Below, piece by piece: positions 28,760 through 37,850 of a stretch of 40,864 nt of DNA (position 1 is the first letter of the stretch; each line of letters starts with the position of its first letter). A model generated the notes under the pieces. The model did not search any database. It saw nothing but the letters and a program-made list of their open reading frames with translations, and was not told the DNA's origin. Both the position numbers and the translations under genes were made by a program. Origin of the DNA: an uncultured Muribaculaceae bacterium (lineage in GTDB: Bacteria > Bacillota_I > Bacilli_A > RF39 > UBA660); the NCBI GenBank assembly GCA_964543375.1, contig CAZIYD010000005.1:1-40864 (forward strand), read 5' to 3'.

Positions 28760-29029
28760 ATGTATAAATTAACTAAAGAAGATGTATTACACGTTGCTTC
28801 TTTATCTAAACTTAAAATAGATAATATAGAAAAATATCAAAAAGATTTAGAGGATATATTAAATAGTATAAAAGATATAGAGGCACTAGATGTTGCCTCA
28901 GATATAATGATATCTCCTACAAAAAAGAGTAATGTATTTTCAGATTACTCGAATAATAAAGAGATTGATGTTTTGAGTAACGTTAAAGATAAATCTGGAA
29001 ACTTTATTAAAGTGGAGGATATGAGATGA
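28760..29029 (+). CDS. gatC: Asp/Glu-tRNA amidotransferase subunit C
   Basis: LTKEDVLHVASLSKLKI N-terminus; position before gatA with an ATGA overlap. Confidence 0.85.
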   Translation: MYKLTKEDVLHVASLSKLKIDNIEKYQKDLEDILNSIKDIEALDVASDIMISPTKKSNVFSDYSNNKEIDVLSNVKDKSGNFIKVEDMR

Positions 29030-30447
29030 GTAATTATTTTGATCTATCGTTAAAAGAAATAAATGAAAAGTTAAAGAGAAAAGAAATAAAACCTATAGAT
29101 TTGGTTAATGAAGCATTTGATAGAATAGAAAAACATAAAGAATATAATGCTTTTATAACTTTAAATAAAGAAGAAGCATTAAATAAAGCAAAAGAATTAG
29201 AAAAAAAAGAAGTAAATAATATATTGTTTGGAATCCCTATTGCAGTAAAGGATAATACAATAACTAAAGGTTTACTTACTACATCTGGATCAAAGATGTT
29301 ATTTGATTTTATACCAACATATGAATCTACAGTAATGAATAAGCTAAATAAATGTAATGCGATAGTAATTGGTAAAACTAATATGGATGAATTTGCAATG
29401 GGATCAACTGGTGAGACTTCTTACTATGGTTCTACTTTAAATGCTTTAGATAAGTCTTTGATTCCTGGTGGTTCATCTAGTGGTAGTGCTGTTGCTGTAT
29501 CACTTAAACTAAGTCCAATATCGCTTGGTAGTGATACTGGAGGTTCTATTAGACAACCATCTAGTTTTAACAATGTAGTCGGCTTAAAACCAACTTATGG
29601 AAGAGTATCTAGGTATGGTTTAATAGCGTTTTCCTCATCATTAGATCAAATTGGACCAATAACAAACGGTGTAGAAGATAATGCCCTACTATTAAATGAA
29701 ATAGTGGGTTTAGATGGAAAAGATTTAAATACGGTAGAAAGTAATGAAGATTTCACTAAACTTATAGGGAAAGATATAAGCGGAATGAAAGTTTGTATTC
29801 CTAATTTTTATATGGCTAGTTTAGATAGAGAAATAAAGGATAAGGTTTTAGATGTTGCTAATTTTTTGAAAGCAAATAATGTAGAAGTTGAATACGTAGA
29901 TATAGATTATATAGAATATGCTGTGCCGTTATATCAAACAATTGCTCTAGCGGAAGCTTCATCTAATTTAGCAAGATTTGATGGTATAAGATATGGATAT
30001 AAAACTTCTAAAAAAACTAAATCTTTAGATGAGTTTTATTCTTATACAAGAGAGGAAGCTTTTGGAGAAGAAGTAAAAAGAAGAATAATGATAGGAACAT
30101 ATGTATTAAGTGGTGAGAATGTAGATATTTACTACAACAAAGCACTAGCTATAAGAAATTTATTATCTAATAATTTATATGCATTATTTAATAAATATGA
30201 TTTGATTATTGGACCTACAACAACCACATTACCATATAAATTAGGAACTAAGAAAAGCGCTAATAATAGTTTTATGGATGATATTTTAACTATACCTGTT
30301 AATATGGCTGGTCTTCCTGCAATGAGTTTACCAGTTGGCACTAATGCCTCACCAATTGGACTTCAAATAATAGGTAATATGTTTGATGAAAAAACAATCT
30401 ATAAGTTAGCAAGTTTTATAGAGAAAAATTATAAGAGGGGTGAATAG
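29026..30447 (+). CDS. gatA: Asp/Glu-tRNA amidotransferase subunit A
   Basis: Amidase signature: IAVKDN, GKTNMDEFAMGS, PGGSSSGSA, GSDTGGSIRQP, SSNLARFDG. Confidence 0.96.
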   Translation: MSNYFDLSLKEINEKLKRKEIKPIDLVNEAFDRIEKHKEYNAFITLNKEEALNKAKELEKKEVNNILFGIPIAVKDNTITKGLLTTSGSKMLFDFIPTYESTVMNKLNKCNAIVIGKTNMDEFAMGSTGETSYYGSTLNALDKSLIPGGSSSGSAVAVSLKLSPISLGSDTGGSIRQPSSFNNVVGLKPTYGRVSRYGLIAFSSSLDQIGPITNGVEDNALLLNEIVGLDGKDLNTVESNEDFTKLIGKDISGMKVCIPNFYMASLDREIKDKVLDVANFLKANNVEVEYVDIDYIEYAVPLYQTIALAEASSNLARFDGIRYGYKTSKKTKSLDEFYSYTREEAFGEEVKRRIMIGTYVLSGENVDIYYNKALAIRNLLSNNLYALFNKYDLIIGPTTTTLPYKLGTKKSANNSFMDDILTIPVNMAGLPAMSLPVGTNASPIGLQIIGNMFDEKTIYKLASFIEKNYKRGE

Positions 30448-30448
30448 T

Positions 30449-31855
30449 ATGAGTTATATACCTACAATAGGAATAGAGGTACACGTTGAATTAAAAACAA
30501 AGCATAAAGCTTTCTCTGATACATTAAACACTTATGGAGATTTAGCAAATACTAAAGCAAATGAAATAGATATGGCTTATCCTGGAACTCTTCCAACTTT
30601 AAATAAAGAAATATTTGATATAGGTATTAAGTGTGCTAAAGCATTAAATTGTAAAATCAATAAGAATACTAATTTTGATAGGAAAAATTACTTTTATCCA
30701 GATAATTCAAAGGGTTATCAAACTACTCAAAAAAATTATCCTATAGGATATGATGGTTATGTTGAAATATCTAATAAAAAAGTATATATAGAAGAGATGC
30801 ATTTAGAAGAAGATACTGCTAAGAGTTTTCACGAGGAAAACAAAAGCTTATTAGATTTTAATAGAGCGGGTATTCCTTTAATAGAAATTGTATCAAAACC
30901 AGATATGGAAAATGAAATAGAGGCTATGGAATATGTAGAGCGTTTAAGAGAAATACTATCATATGCTGATATAAGTGATGTTAAGATTGAAGAGGGAAGT
31001 TTAAGATGCGATGTTAATATATCTCTTAGAAAAAACATTGATGATCCTCTTGGAACAAAGGTTGAAATAAAAAACATTGGATCTATTAATAGTATAAAAC
31101 TTGCAATTTTAGCGGAAATTGAAAGGCAAATTGAAATATTGAATAATAATCAAAAAATAACAGAACAAACTATGCGTTATAGTGAAAAAGATAATAAAAC
31201 AATTTTAATGAGAACAAAAGAATCAAAAAATGATTATAGATATTTCCCTGAACCCAATATACCAAGTGTCATTATAAGCGATGAATGGATAGATAGTATT
31301 AAAGTCCCTGTCTTACCAGAAGAATTAAGAAAGAAATACAGATCTTTAAATATAAATGAGGTAGCAATAAGTGCACTTATTTTATATAAAGATTTAAATA
31401 ATTTTTTAGACGACACCATTGATTTAAAAACAGATCCAGTTATAGCATCAAATCTTTTAACAGGAGATATTCTTTCTTATTTAAATAAAGATAATATTTC
31501 CATATATGAAACAAAACTTACTCCTAATCTTTTAAAGGAATTAAGTGATAAACTTAAATCAAACGAAATATCATCAAAAATATCTAAAATTATTATTCCA
31601 ATACTACTTGAAAAGGGTAAACCTATAAATAAAATAATAGAAGAAGAAAATCTCGTGCAAATAAGTGACGAAGATGAAATAAGACAAATAATTAATAATA
31701 TAATAGATATAAATAAAAACTTTATATATGAAAATAAAGAAAACTTAGAAAAGGTAGAAAAGTTTTTAATGGGTCAAATAATGAAAGAAACTAAAGGAAA
31801 GGCTGACCCAATAGTAACAAAAACCTTACTTAAAAAAACTTTAGAAACAATTTGA
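30449..31855 (+). CDS. gatB: Asp/Glu-tRNA amidotransferase subunit B (start corrected from GTG 30440 to ATG 30449)
   Basis: GIEVHVEL, RKNYFYPD, HLEED, DFNRAGIPLIEIV, RCDVNIS, VEIKN, YRYFPEP and MGQIMK motifs. Confidence 0.95.
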   Translation: MSYIPTIGIEVHVELKTKHKAFSDTLNTYGDLANTKANEIDMAYPGTLPTLNKEIFDIGIKCAKALNCKINKNTNFDRKNYFYPDNSKGYQTTQKNYPIGYDGYVEISNKKVYIEEMHLEEDTAKSFHEENKSLLDFNRAGIPLIEIVSKPDMENEIEAMEYVERLREILSYADISDVKIEEGSLRCDVNISLRKNIDDPLGTKVEIKNIGSINSIKLAILAEIERQIEILNNNQKITEQTMRYSEKDNKTILMRTKESKNDYRYFPEPNIPSVIISDEWIDSIKVPVLPEELRKKYRSLNINEVAISALILYKDLNNFLDDTIDLKTDPVIASNLLTGDILSYLNKDNISIYETKLTPNLLKELSDKLKSNEISSKISKIIIPILLEKGKPINKIIEEENLVQISDEDEIRQIINNIIDINKNFIYENKENLEKVEKFLMGQIMKETKGKADPIVTKTLLKKTLETI

Positions 31856-31880
31856 ATATATAAGGCCTTTGTAGTATAAT
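31852..31880 (+). promoter_or_regulatory. sigma-A promoter for the downstream five-gene operon
   Basis: TTGAAT (contains the gatB TGA), 17-bp spacer, TATAAT. Confidence 0.65.
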
Positions 31881-31904
31881 TAGAAATAATAGTTTGAGGT
31901 GATT

Positions 31905-32381
31905 ATGAAAAAGTTTTATGATAAATATAAGGTAATAATATACATAGTTATAGTTTTAATCTTTATAGGGTTAGCTTTTTTAGCATTAAAAAACTATTTA
32001 TTCCCAGATGATGATAAATCTGTATATGGTAGTAGATTAAATGGAATTGAAGATGTTAAGTTAGATTCTAATAGAATGCTCGCTATAAAAAACGGATATG
32101 CAACAGATAACAATATAGAGAGTATCGTAGTTGATTTAAAAGGAAGAAAAATTAATTTAATAATAAAAGGAAAAACAGACTATACTATAGAATATGCCAA
32201 AAAAACATTGCTAGAAAATTTAAAAGTTTTTCAAACAAAAGAATTAAACTATTATGATATAGAATTTTTTGTAACTAACGAACCATTAAAGTACAACATG
32301 ATCGGGTATAAAAACAAGAAATCAGATGTTATTGTATGGAGCGAGTATAAAGAAGAGGTAATAAATGAAACCAAAAACTAA
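31905..32381 (+). CDS. Hypothetical protein with an N-terminal membrane anchor (start corrected to ATG 31905)
   Basis: GAGGTGA RBS; TM VIIYIVIVLIFIGLAFLAL followed by a small extracellular domain. Confidence 0.7.
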   Translation: MKKFYDKYKVIIYIVIVLIFIGLAFLALKNYLFPDDDKSVYGSRLNGIEDVKLDSNRMLAIKNGYATDNNIESIVVDLKGRKINLIIKGKTDYTIEYAKKTLLENLKVFQTKELNYYDIEFFVTNEPLKYNMIGYKNKKSDVIVWSEYKEEVINETKN

Positions 32382-34401
32382 TAATAAAAAGAATTTAATA
32401 ATAATATCAGGAATTTTATTTTTATTAATATTGGGAACTTTAATATATTTTCTTTCTAGAAACAATGAAGAAAGTTATGATTTAACTTCGGGAGAAAAAC
32501 GTTGGATAGAAAACAACAAAAATAGAGTAGTAGATGTTTCTTTAGTAAAAGATCTACCCATTTTTGCTATGGATGGAAAAGGATTATTACTTACTTTCTT
32601 TGATTATTTTGAACAATCAACTGGTTTAGATTTAAATAAAATAACCTCTGGAAATATTCAAAATTATGATTATAAATTTAGAATTTTAGACGAATCAGAG
32701 GATTTAAAAAACAATCAAGTTTTAATTTATGAAGATAATTTTGTGCTTTTAGGTAAAAAGGGAGATAAAATATCTAATTTAAATCTATTAGTAGATAGAA
32801 AGATAGGTGTTTTAAAAGAAAACTTAGATGAAATATCAAAATATTTAGATGTATCTGTGCCACTTAACTTTGTTGCCTCAGATGATTCTATTTCTCTTTT
32901 CTCTAAGTTTGATTCTGATGATTTGGATTATATCGCAGTACCAAAAAATCAATATTTAGATAAAATAATAAGTAGAAATTATTTTGTTGTTTACAATATG
33001 AGTGCTTTATATAATAAATATGTTTTAGAATTAAACGGTAATAATGAATTAAATGCTATAATTTCAAAGAAGTTAAAAGAATGGATTAAAACAAACTTTT
33101 CAAAATTATATATAGAAGAAATGAATGACTATTATTTTAAACTTGGAAATATAGATGAAAAGAAAAAGACTGATTTTAAAAGTAGAGTATATATATATGG
33201 CTATTTAGATAATGCCCCATATGATATAGAAACGACTGGAAAACATAGTGGAATAAATGATGAATTTATGAAGGGTTTTGAAAGCTTTTCTGGCGCTAAA
33301 ATAAATTATAAAAAATATAATAGTGTTTCAGCGTTAGAAGATGCCTTTAATAAAAAGAATGTAGATGTAATGTTTAATTATTATAGTTTTAAGAATCTTC
33401 CTAATGCAACATCAACCATACCAGTATATTCTAGTAATTATGTAATTTTATCTCATCTAGATAATAACGTCGCTATTGATTCTTTTTCTTCTTTAAAAGA
33501 TAAAGAATTGTATGCAATAAAAGATACTGAGCTTGCTAATTATATAAATAAAAATAGTGGAGCAAAAGTAAAAACATATAGTAAAATCAATAATTTATTA
33601 AAAAATAGAGACCCTTTAATGTTAATGGATTTAAATATTTATAATTATTATAAAAGTTCTAAATTAAAAGATTATTATATTATATATGAAGGTGTAGCGG
33701 ATATAAAATATAATTATGTTATAAATAAAGATGAGGTCAATAATACTTTCTTTCAAATATTTCAATTTTATTTAACAAATGCAAATCATAAAAAAGTTAT
33801 AAATGAAGGTATGTCAAAATCAATAAAATCTAGTTTTCTAGATAATATCTCTAACGTGCAGTATATACTTTTAGCAATTCTAATAATGTTATTACTTTAC
33901 TTTATATTTAAAAGAAAAAGAAGAGTAACAAAATCAAAAGATGGTAAAGGTAAATATATAGATTATCTAACTTCTTTAAAGAATAGAAATTATTTAATAG
34001 ATCATATAGATATTTGGGATGAAGGTAAAGTATTACCAAAAACAATAATAATAGTAGATTTAAACAGAGTAAAAGATGTTAATAATAATTTTGGATATAA
34101 AGAGGGAGATCGTTTAATAAAGGCTGCTTCTAATATTCTAATCACTAATCAACCAGAGAATACTGAAATAATAAGAACAGATGGTAATGAATTTACAGTA
34201 TTTATGGTTGGATATGAAAAGAAATATGTAGTTGAATATATAAAAAAATTAAATCATCTATTTAAAGAACTTCCTTATGAGCATGGTGCCACTATTGGAT
34301 ATAGCATGATAACAGATGATATAAAAGAACTAGAAGATGCAATAAATGAAGCGACTTTGGATATGCTCACAAATAAAGAAAACAAAAATATAGATATATA
34401 A
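32365..34401 (+). CDS. Membrane sensor with two extracellular solute-binding (Venus flytrap) modules and a degenerate GGDEF domain
   Basis: TM, LTSGEKRWIENN...DLPIF and DNAPY...SGINDEF PBP-like modules, a second TM, then DYLTSLKNR, DLN..K.VN, EGD and RTDGNEF. Confidence 0.8.
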   Translation: MKPKTNNKKNLIIISGILFLLILGTLIYFLSRNNEESYDLTSGEKRWIENNKNRVVDVSLVKDLPIFAMDGKGLLLTFFDYFEQSTGLDLNKITSGNIQNYDYKFRILDESEDLKNNQVLIYEDNFVLLGKKGDKISNLNLLVDRKIGVLKENLDEISKYLDVSVPLNFVASDDSISLFSKFDSDDLDYIAVPKNQYLDKIISRNYFVVYNMSALYNKYVLELNGNNELNAIISKKLKEWIKTNFSKLYIEEMNDYYFKLGNIDEKKKTDFKSRVYIYGYLDNAPYDIETTGKHSGINDEFMKGFESFSGAKINYKKYNSVSALEDAFNKKNVDVMFNYYSFKNLPNATSTIPVYSSNYVILSHLDNNVAIDSFSSLKDKELYAIKDTELANYINKNSGAKVKTYSKINNLLKNRDPLMLMDLNIYNYYKSSKLKDYYIIYEGVADIKYNYVINKDEVNNTFFQIFQFYLTNANHKKVINEGMSKSIKSSFLDNISNVQYILLAILIMLLLYFIFKRKRRVTKSKDGKGKYIDYLTSLKNRNYLIDHIDIWDEGKVLPKTIIIVDLNRVKDVNNNFGYKEGDRLIKAASNILITNQPENTEIIRTDGNEFTVFMVGYEKKYVVEYIKKLNHLFKELPYEHGATIGYSMITDDIKELEDAINEATLDMLTNKENKNIDI

Positions 34402-34409
34402 GGTGTATT

Positions 34410-35249
34410 ATGGAAAGAATAAAAACATTTTTCCACGGTATAAAGGAAATGTTGAGTAATCCTGTTGTATCTATACTTCCAGGACATTTATCGTTTGCGT
34501 TTGTACTATCTTTTATACCACTACTGTCTCTGATTGGTTTAATAGCATATGATTTATCAATATCAATAGATATTTTAAGAGTGTTTTTAAGCAACGTGTT
34601 TCCTGGTCAAACAGGAGAAATATTACTTCAGTTCCTAAATAGAGAGACAATATATTTTAATGGGGCGCTATTTACTTTACTCGCAATATCTATATCATCT
34701 AATGGAATGTACTCTCTAATAAGGGTATCAAATATTCTTTATGGTGATAATAGAGATAACATATCATTAAAAATAAAAAATAGAATTAAGTCTCTATTAA
34801 TGGCGTTTTTAATGATTGGTCTAGTAATATTTATGTTTATTGTTTTGGGATGGGGGAACTCTATAATATATGAACTATCAAAAATAGAGGCTTTATCTCA
34901 AATATATAGTGGAATAGAATACATCTATAGGTTGATTAAATTCCCATTATCATTCTTTGTAATATACTTTATTATAAAGATAGTGTATACTTTAGCACCA
35001 AACGAAAACATAAAGAGCAAGACTGTAAATTGGGGTTCATTATTTACGACCATATCTTTAATAATAGTAACAGTAATATATGCGTATTATGTAACTATTT
35101 CAAATAGATATGATATATTGTATGGCAGTTTATCTAACATAATAATACTATTTATATGGCTATATTTTATATCTTTAGTATTTATATTGGGGTTAGTAAT
35201 AAATGTATATAATTCAAAAAAGTTAGAGGAGAATAAGAAGGAGTTATGA
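34410..35249 (+). CDS. YihY/BrkB-family membrane protein
   Basis: LPGHLSFAFVLSFIPLL, SNGMYSL, IVYTLAPN and YGSLSNIIILFIWLY motifs. Confidence 0.85.
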   Translation: MERIKTFFHGIKEMLSNPVVSILPGHLSFAFVLSFIPLLSLIGLIAYDLSISIDILRVFLSNVFPGQTGEILLQFLNRETIYFNGALFTLLAISISSNGMYSLIRVSNILYGDNRDNISLKIKNRIKSLLMAFLMIGLVIFMFIVLGWGNSIIYELSKIEALSQIYSGIEYIYRLIKFPLSFFVIYFIIKIVYTLAPNENIKSKTVNWGSLFTTISLIIVTVIYAYYVTISNRYDILYGSLSNIIILFIWLYFISLVFILGLVINVYNSKKLEENKKEL

Positions 35250-37240
35250 AAATAAAAGAAAAACTATTAAAAATAATTCAAGATATAAAAAAAATATCTA
35301 TAAAAGAAAAGTTAAAAGAAAATAATTTATTTTTAGTAACTGTTTTTTCTATAATCATTAACGACCTATTAATTAGGGCATTTACTGTTGGTTTATCTCT
35401 TTCTATTGGACCTTTGATGGGAACTACTATAGTCGCTTTATTTCTATCATCTTTCGCTTTTCTAATAAAAGAAAACAAAAGAGTAATATACTATTCAATA
35501 CTAATTTTTTTATCTTTACTTATAACAATTTCAAACAGTATATATTACACTTTCTACTCATCATTTGTATCAATATCTCTTGTATCCGCTTTATTTCAAT
35601 TATCTGATGTCAAAGATGCTGTAAGTCAAAGTATATTTCAATTAAAAGATCTAATCTATTTATGGTCGTTATTTCTTTTCATCTATACAGTTAGAAAAAA
35701 CAAAGTAAAAAAGTCAAAGAAAATAGAAAAAACCAAATTTTTTATTACATTTACCATATCAATACTATTAATGATTATATTTATTTCAAATTTAAATGGT
35801 GTTGAGAAGAGTCTAGTTCAACAATGGAGTAGAGAATATATAGTTAATAAATTTGGAATATATATATATCAAGGTAATGACATAATTAGAAGTTTGGAAC
35901 CTAGCATTAATAATATGTTTGGTTGCGATGTTGCAATAAAAAATGTTAGTGATTTTTATAAAGAAAAAGATAATTCAATAAAAAAGAACAAATATACCAA
36001 TATTTTTGAAAACAAAAACCTTATAATGATTCATGCAGAAAGTTTACAAACTTTTCTAATGGATTTAAAATTTAATGATAAAGAAGTAACTCCAAATTTA
36101 AACAGGTTGGCAAAAGAAGGAATGTTCTTTAGTAATTTTTATGCACAAGTTGGTGCTGGAACAAGTAGTGATACTGAATTAACTTTAAATACATCTTTGC
36201 TTCCCGTAAAAAGTGGTACAGCATTCGTTAGTTATTGGGATAGAGAATATTTAGGAATACCTAAAATATTAAATGAAAATGGTTATTATTCTTACAGTAT
36301 GCACGGAAATGTTGGAACATTTTGGAATAGAATGGTAATGCATGAGAAACTGGGTTATAATAAATTTTATAGTAAAAATTCATATAATATAGATGAATCT
36401 ATAGGACTTGGATTGTCTGATAAATCTTTCTTTAGACAATCTATTCCAATAATGAAAGAAATAAAAGAAAAACATAAGAATTTTTATTCGACTCTTATAA
36501 TGCTTACTAATCATACTCCATTTTTGGAACTTGATAAATATGGAGAATTCGACTTATCAATGAAAGTAGAAAAACAAAATGAACTTGGGAATTTAGAAAC
36601 TGTTACAGTTCCTTATATGGAAAATACTAAGTTAGGAAACTATATGAAGTCATCTCACTATGCTGATTCCGCTATTGGAGAATTTATAGATAATCTTGAT
36701 AAAGAGGGGATGTTAGAAAATACTGTGGTAGTCATATATGGAGATCACGATTCTAGAATATCAAGAAAAGAGTATGAAAGATTATATAATTATGATCCAA
36801 TTACTGATTCTATAAAAAGTAAAGAAGATCCAAGTTATAAAGAAATAGACTATTATTTTTATGAATTAAATAGAAAGGTTCCATTAATAATATGGTCTAA
36901 AGAAAAGAAATTAAATACAGAAGTAACAAAAGCAACTGGAATGTATGACGTTCTTCCAACCTTAGGAAACATGTTTAATTTCTCTAGTAAATATAATTTA
37001 GGAAGTGATATATTTAGCGCAGATGATAATCTAGTAGTATTTGCGAATGGAAACTGGTTAACAGATAAAGTTTATTATAATTCTCAAAAAGAAGAATACT
37101 TACCATTGTTAAATGAAGCAATAAGCGCTGATTATATTTCAAATAATACATTAAAAGCTGAAAGAATATTGTCAGTATCAAATGATTTTATTACATGTAA
37201 TTATATAAAATCAGAAAATGCTTTATTAGGTGAAAAATGA
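35246..37240 (+). CDS. ltaS: LtaS-family lipoteichoic acid synthase (sulfatase-like)
   Basis: About 5 N-terminal TMs; IHAESLQ, QVGAGTSSDTE, MHGNVGTFWNR, LTNHTPF and YGDH motifs. Confidence 0.85.
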   Translation: MKIKEKLLKIIQDIKKISIKEKLKENNLFLVTVFSIIINDLLIRAFTVGLSLSIGPLMGTTIVALFLSSFAFLIKENKRVIYYSILIFLSLLITISNSIYYTFYSSFVSISLVSALFQLSDVKDAVSQSIFQLKDLIYLWSLFLFIYTVRKNKVKKSKKIEKTKFFITFTISILLMIIFISNLNGVEKSLVQQWSREYIVNKFGIYIYQGNDIIRSLEPSINNMFGCDVAIKNVSDFYKEKDNSIKKNKYTNIFENKNLIMIHAESLQTFLMDLKFNDKEVTPNLNRLAKEGMFFSNFYAQVGAGTSSDTELTLNTSLLPVKSGTAFVSYWDREYLGIPKILNENGYYSYSMHGNVGTFWNRMVMHEKLGYNKFYSKNSYNIDESIGLGLSDKSFFRQSIPIMKEIKEKHKNFYSTLIMLTNHTPFLELDKYGEFDLSMKVEKQNELGNLETVTVPYMENTKLGNYMKSSHYADSAIGEFIDNLDKEGMLENTVVVIYGDHDSRISRKEYERLYNYDPITDSIKSKEDPSYKEIDYYFYELNRKVPLIIWSKEKKLNTEVTKATGMYDVLPTLGNMFNFSSKYNLGSDIFSADDNLVVFANGNWLTDKVYYNSQKEEYLPLLNEAISADYISNNTLKAERILSVSNDFITCNYIKSENALLGEK

Positions 37241-37836
37241 AAAAAATAAAAATTTTTGAAAAAATCAATATAATACTATTAATAGTTACAATAATAATAT
37301 GTATATTATATGTAGTATTTAACTTTTTATTAAAGAAAGATACAAACCACAAGGTAGAGAATATAACATCAAAATTTAATTATGTACTATACGAAAGAGA
37401 TAATGAAAATTATAAAAAAGAGTTTGAAAATTTAAAAAGCATATTAAAAGAAGAACCATTAAATTATGAAGAATACGCTAACAGTATTTCTAAATTGTTT
37501 ATAATGGATTTATATACCCTTTCAAACAAAAGATCAAATCAAGATGTTGGAGGAGTACAATATATAGAAAAAACATATAAAGATAACTTTGTACTAAATA
37601 TGTCAGATAACATGTATAAGTATATTAATCAAGCAAAGAACTTACCAACAATAAAAGAAGTATTTGTAACGAAAATAGAAAAAACTGAATACAAATATAA
37701 AGATAATAACTATGAAGCATATTCTTTGAATTTGAAATGGGAATATAATAAAGATTATGAATATGAAAAAGAAGGTAAATTAACCTTGATAAAAGATAAT
37801 GATCAACTATTCATAGTAGAAAAAAATATAGATTAA
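37237..37836 (+). CDS. Hypothetical protein with an N-terminal membrane anchor
   Basis: ATGA overlap with ltaS; TM IILLIVTIIICILYVVF. Confidence 0.7.
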   Translation: MKKIKIFEKINIILLIVTIIICILYVVFNFLLKKDTNHKVENITSKFNYVLYERDNENYKKEFENLKSILKEEPLNYEEYANSISKLFIMDLYTLSNKRSNQDVGGVQYIEKTYKDNFVLNMSDNMYKYINQAKNLPTIKEVFVTKIEKTEYKYKDNNYEAYSLNLKWEYNKDYEYEKEGKLTLIKDNDQLFIVEKNID

Positions 37837-37850
37837 TACTATATTTTTTT
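37820..37850. terminator. Bidirectional terminator
   Basis: 12-bp arms AAAAAAATATAG / CTATATTTTTTT with a 7-nt loop, between convergent genes. Confidence 0.7.

Noticed and set aside
5560-31855. asnS and gatCAB present together
   Set aside because: This is ordinary for Bacillota: GatCAB supplies Gln-tRNA when GlnRS is absent.
228-31904. ORF-track start sites at 228, 16111, 28259, 30440 and 31899
   Set aside because: 228 lies inside an open frame. The others lack a suitably spaced RBS, while downstream ATGs (16153, 28241, 30449, 31905) have one.
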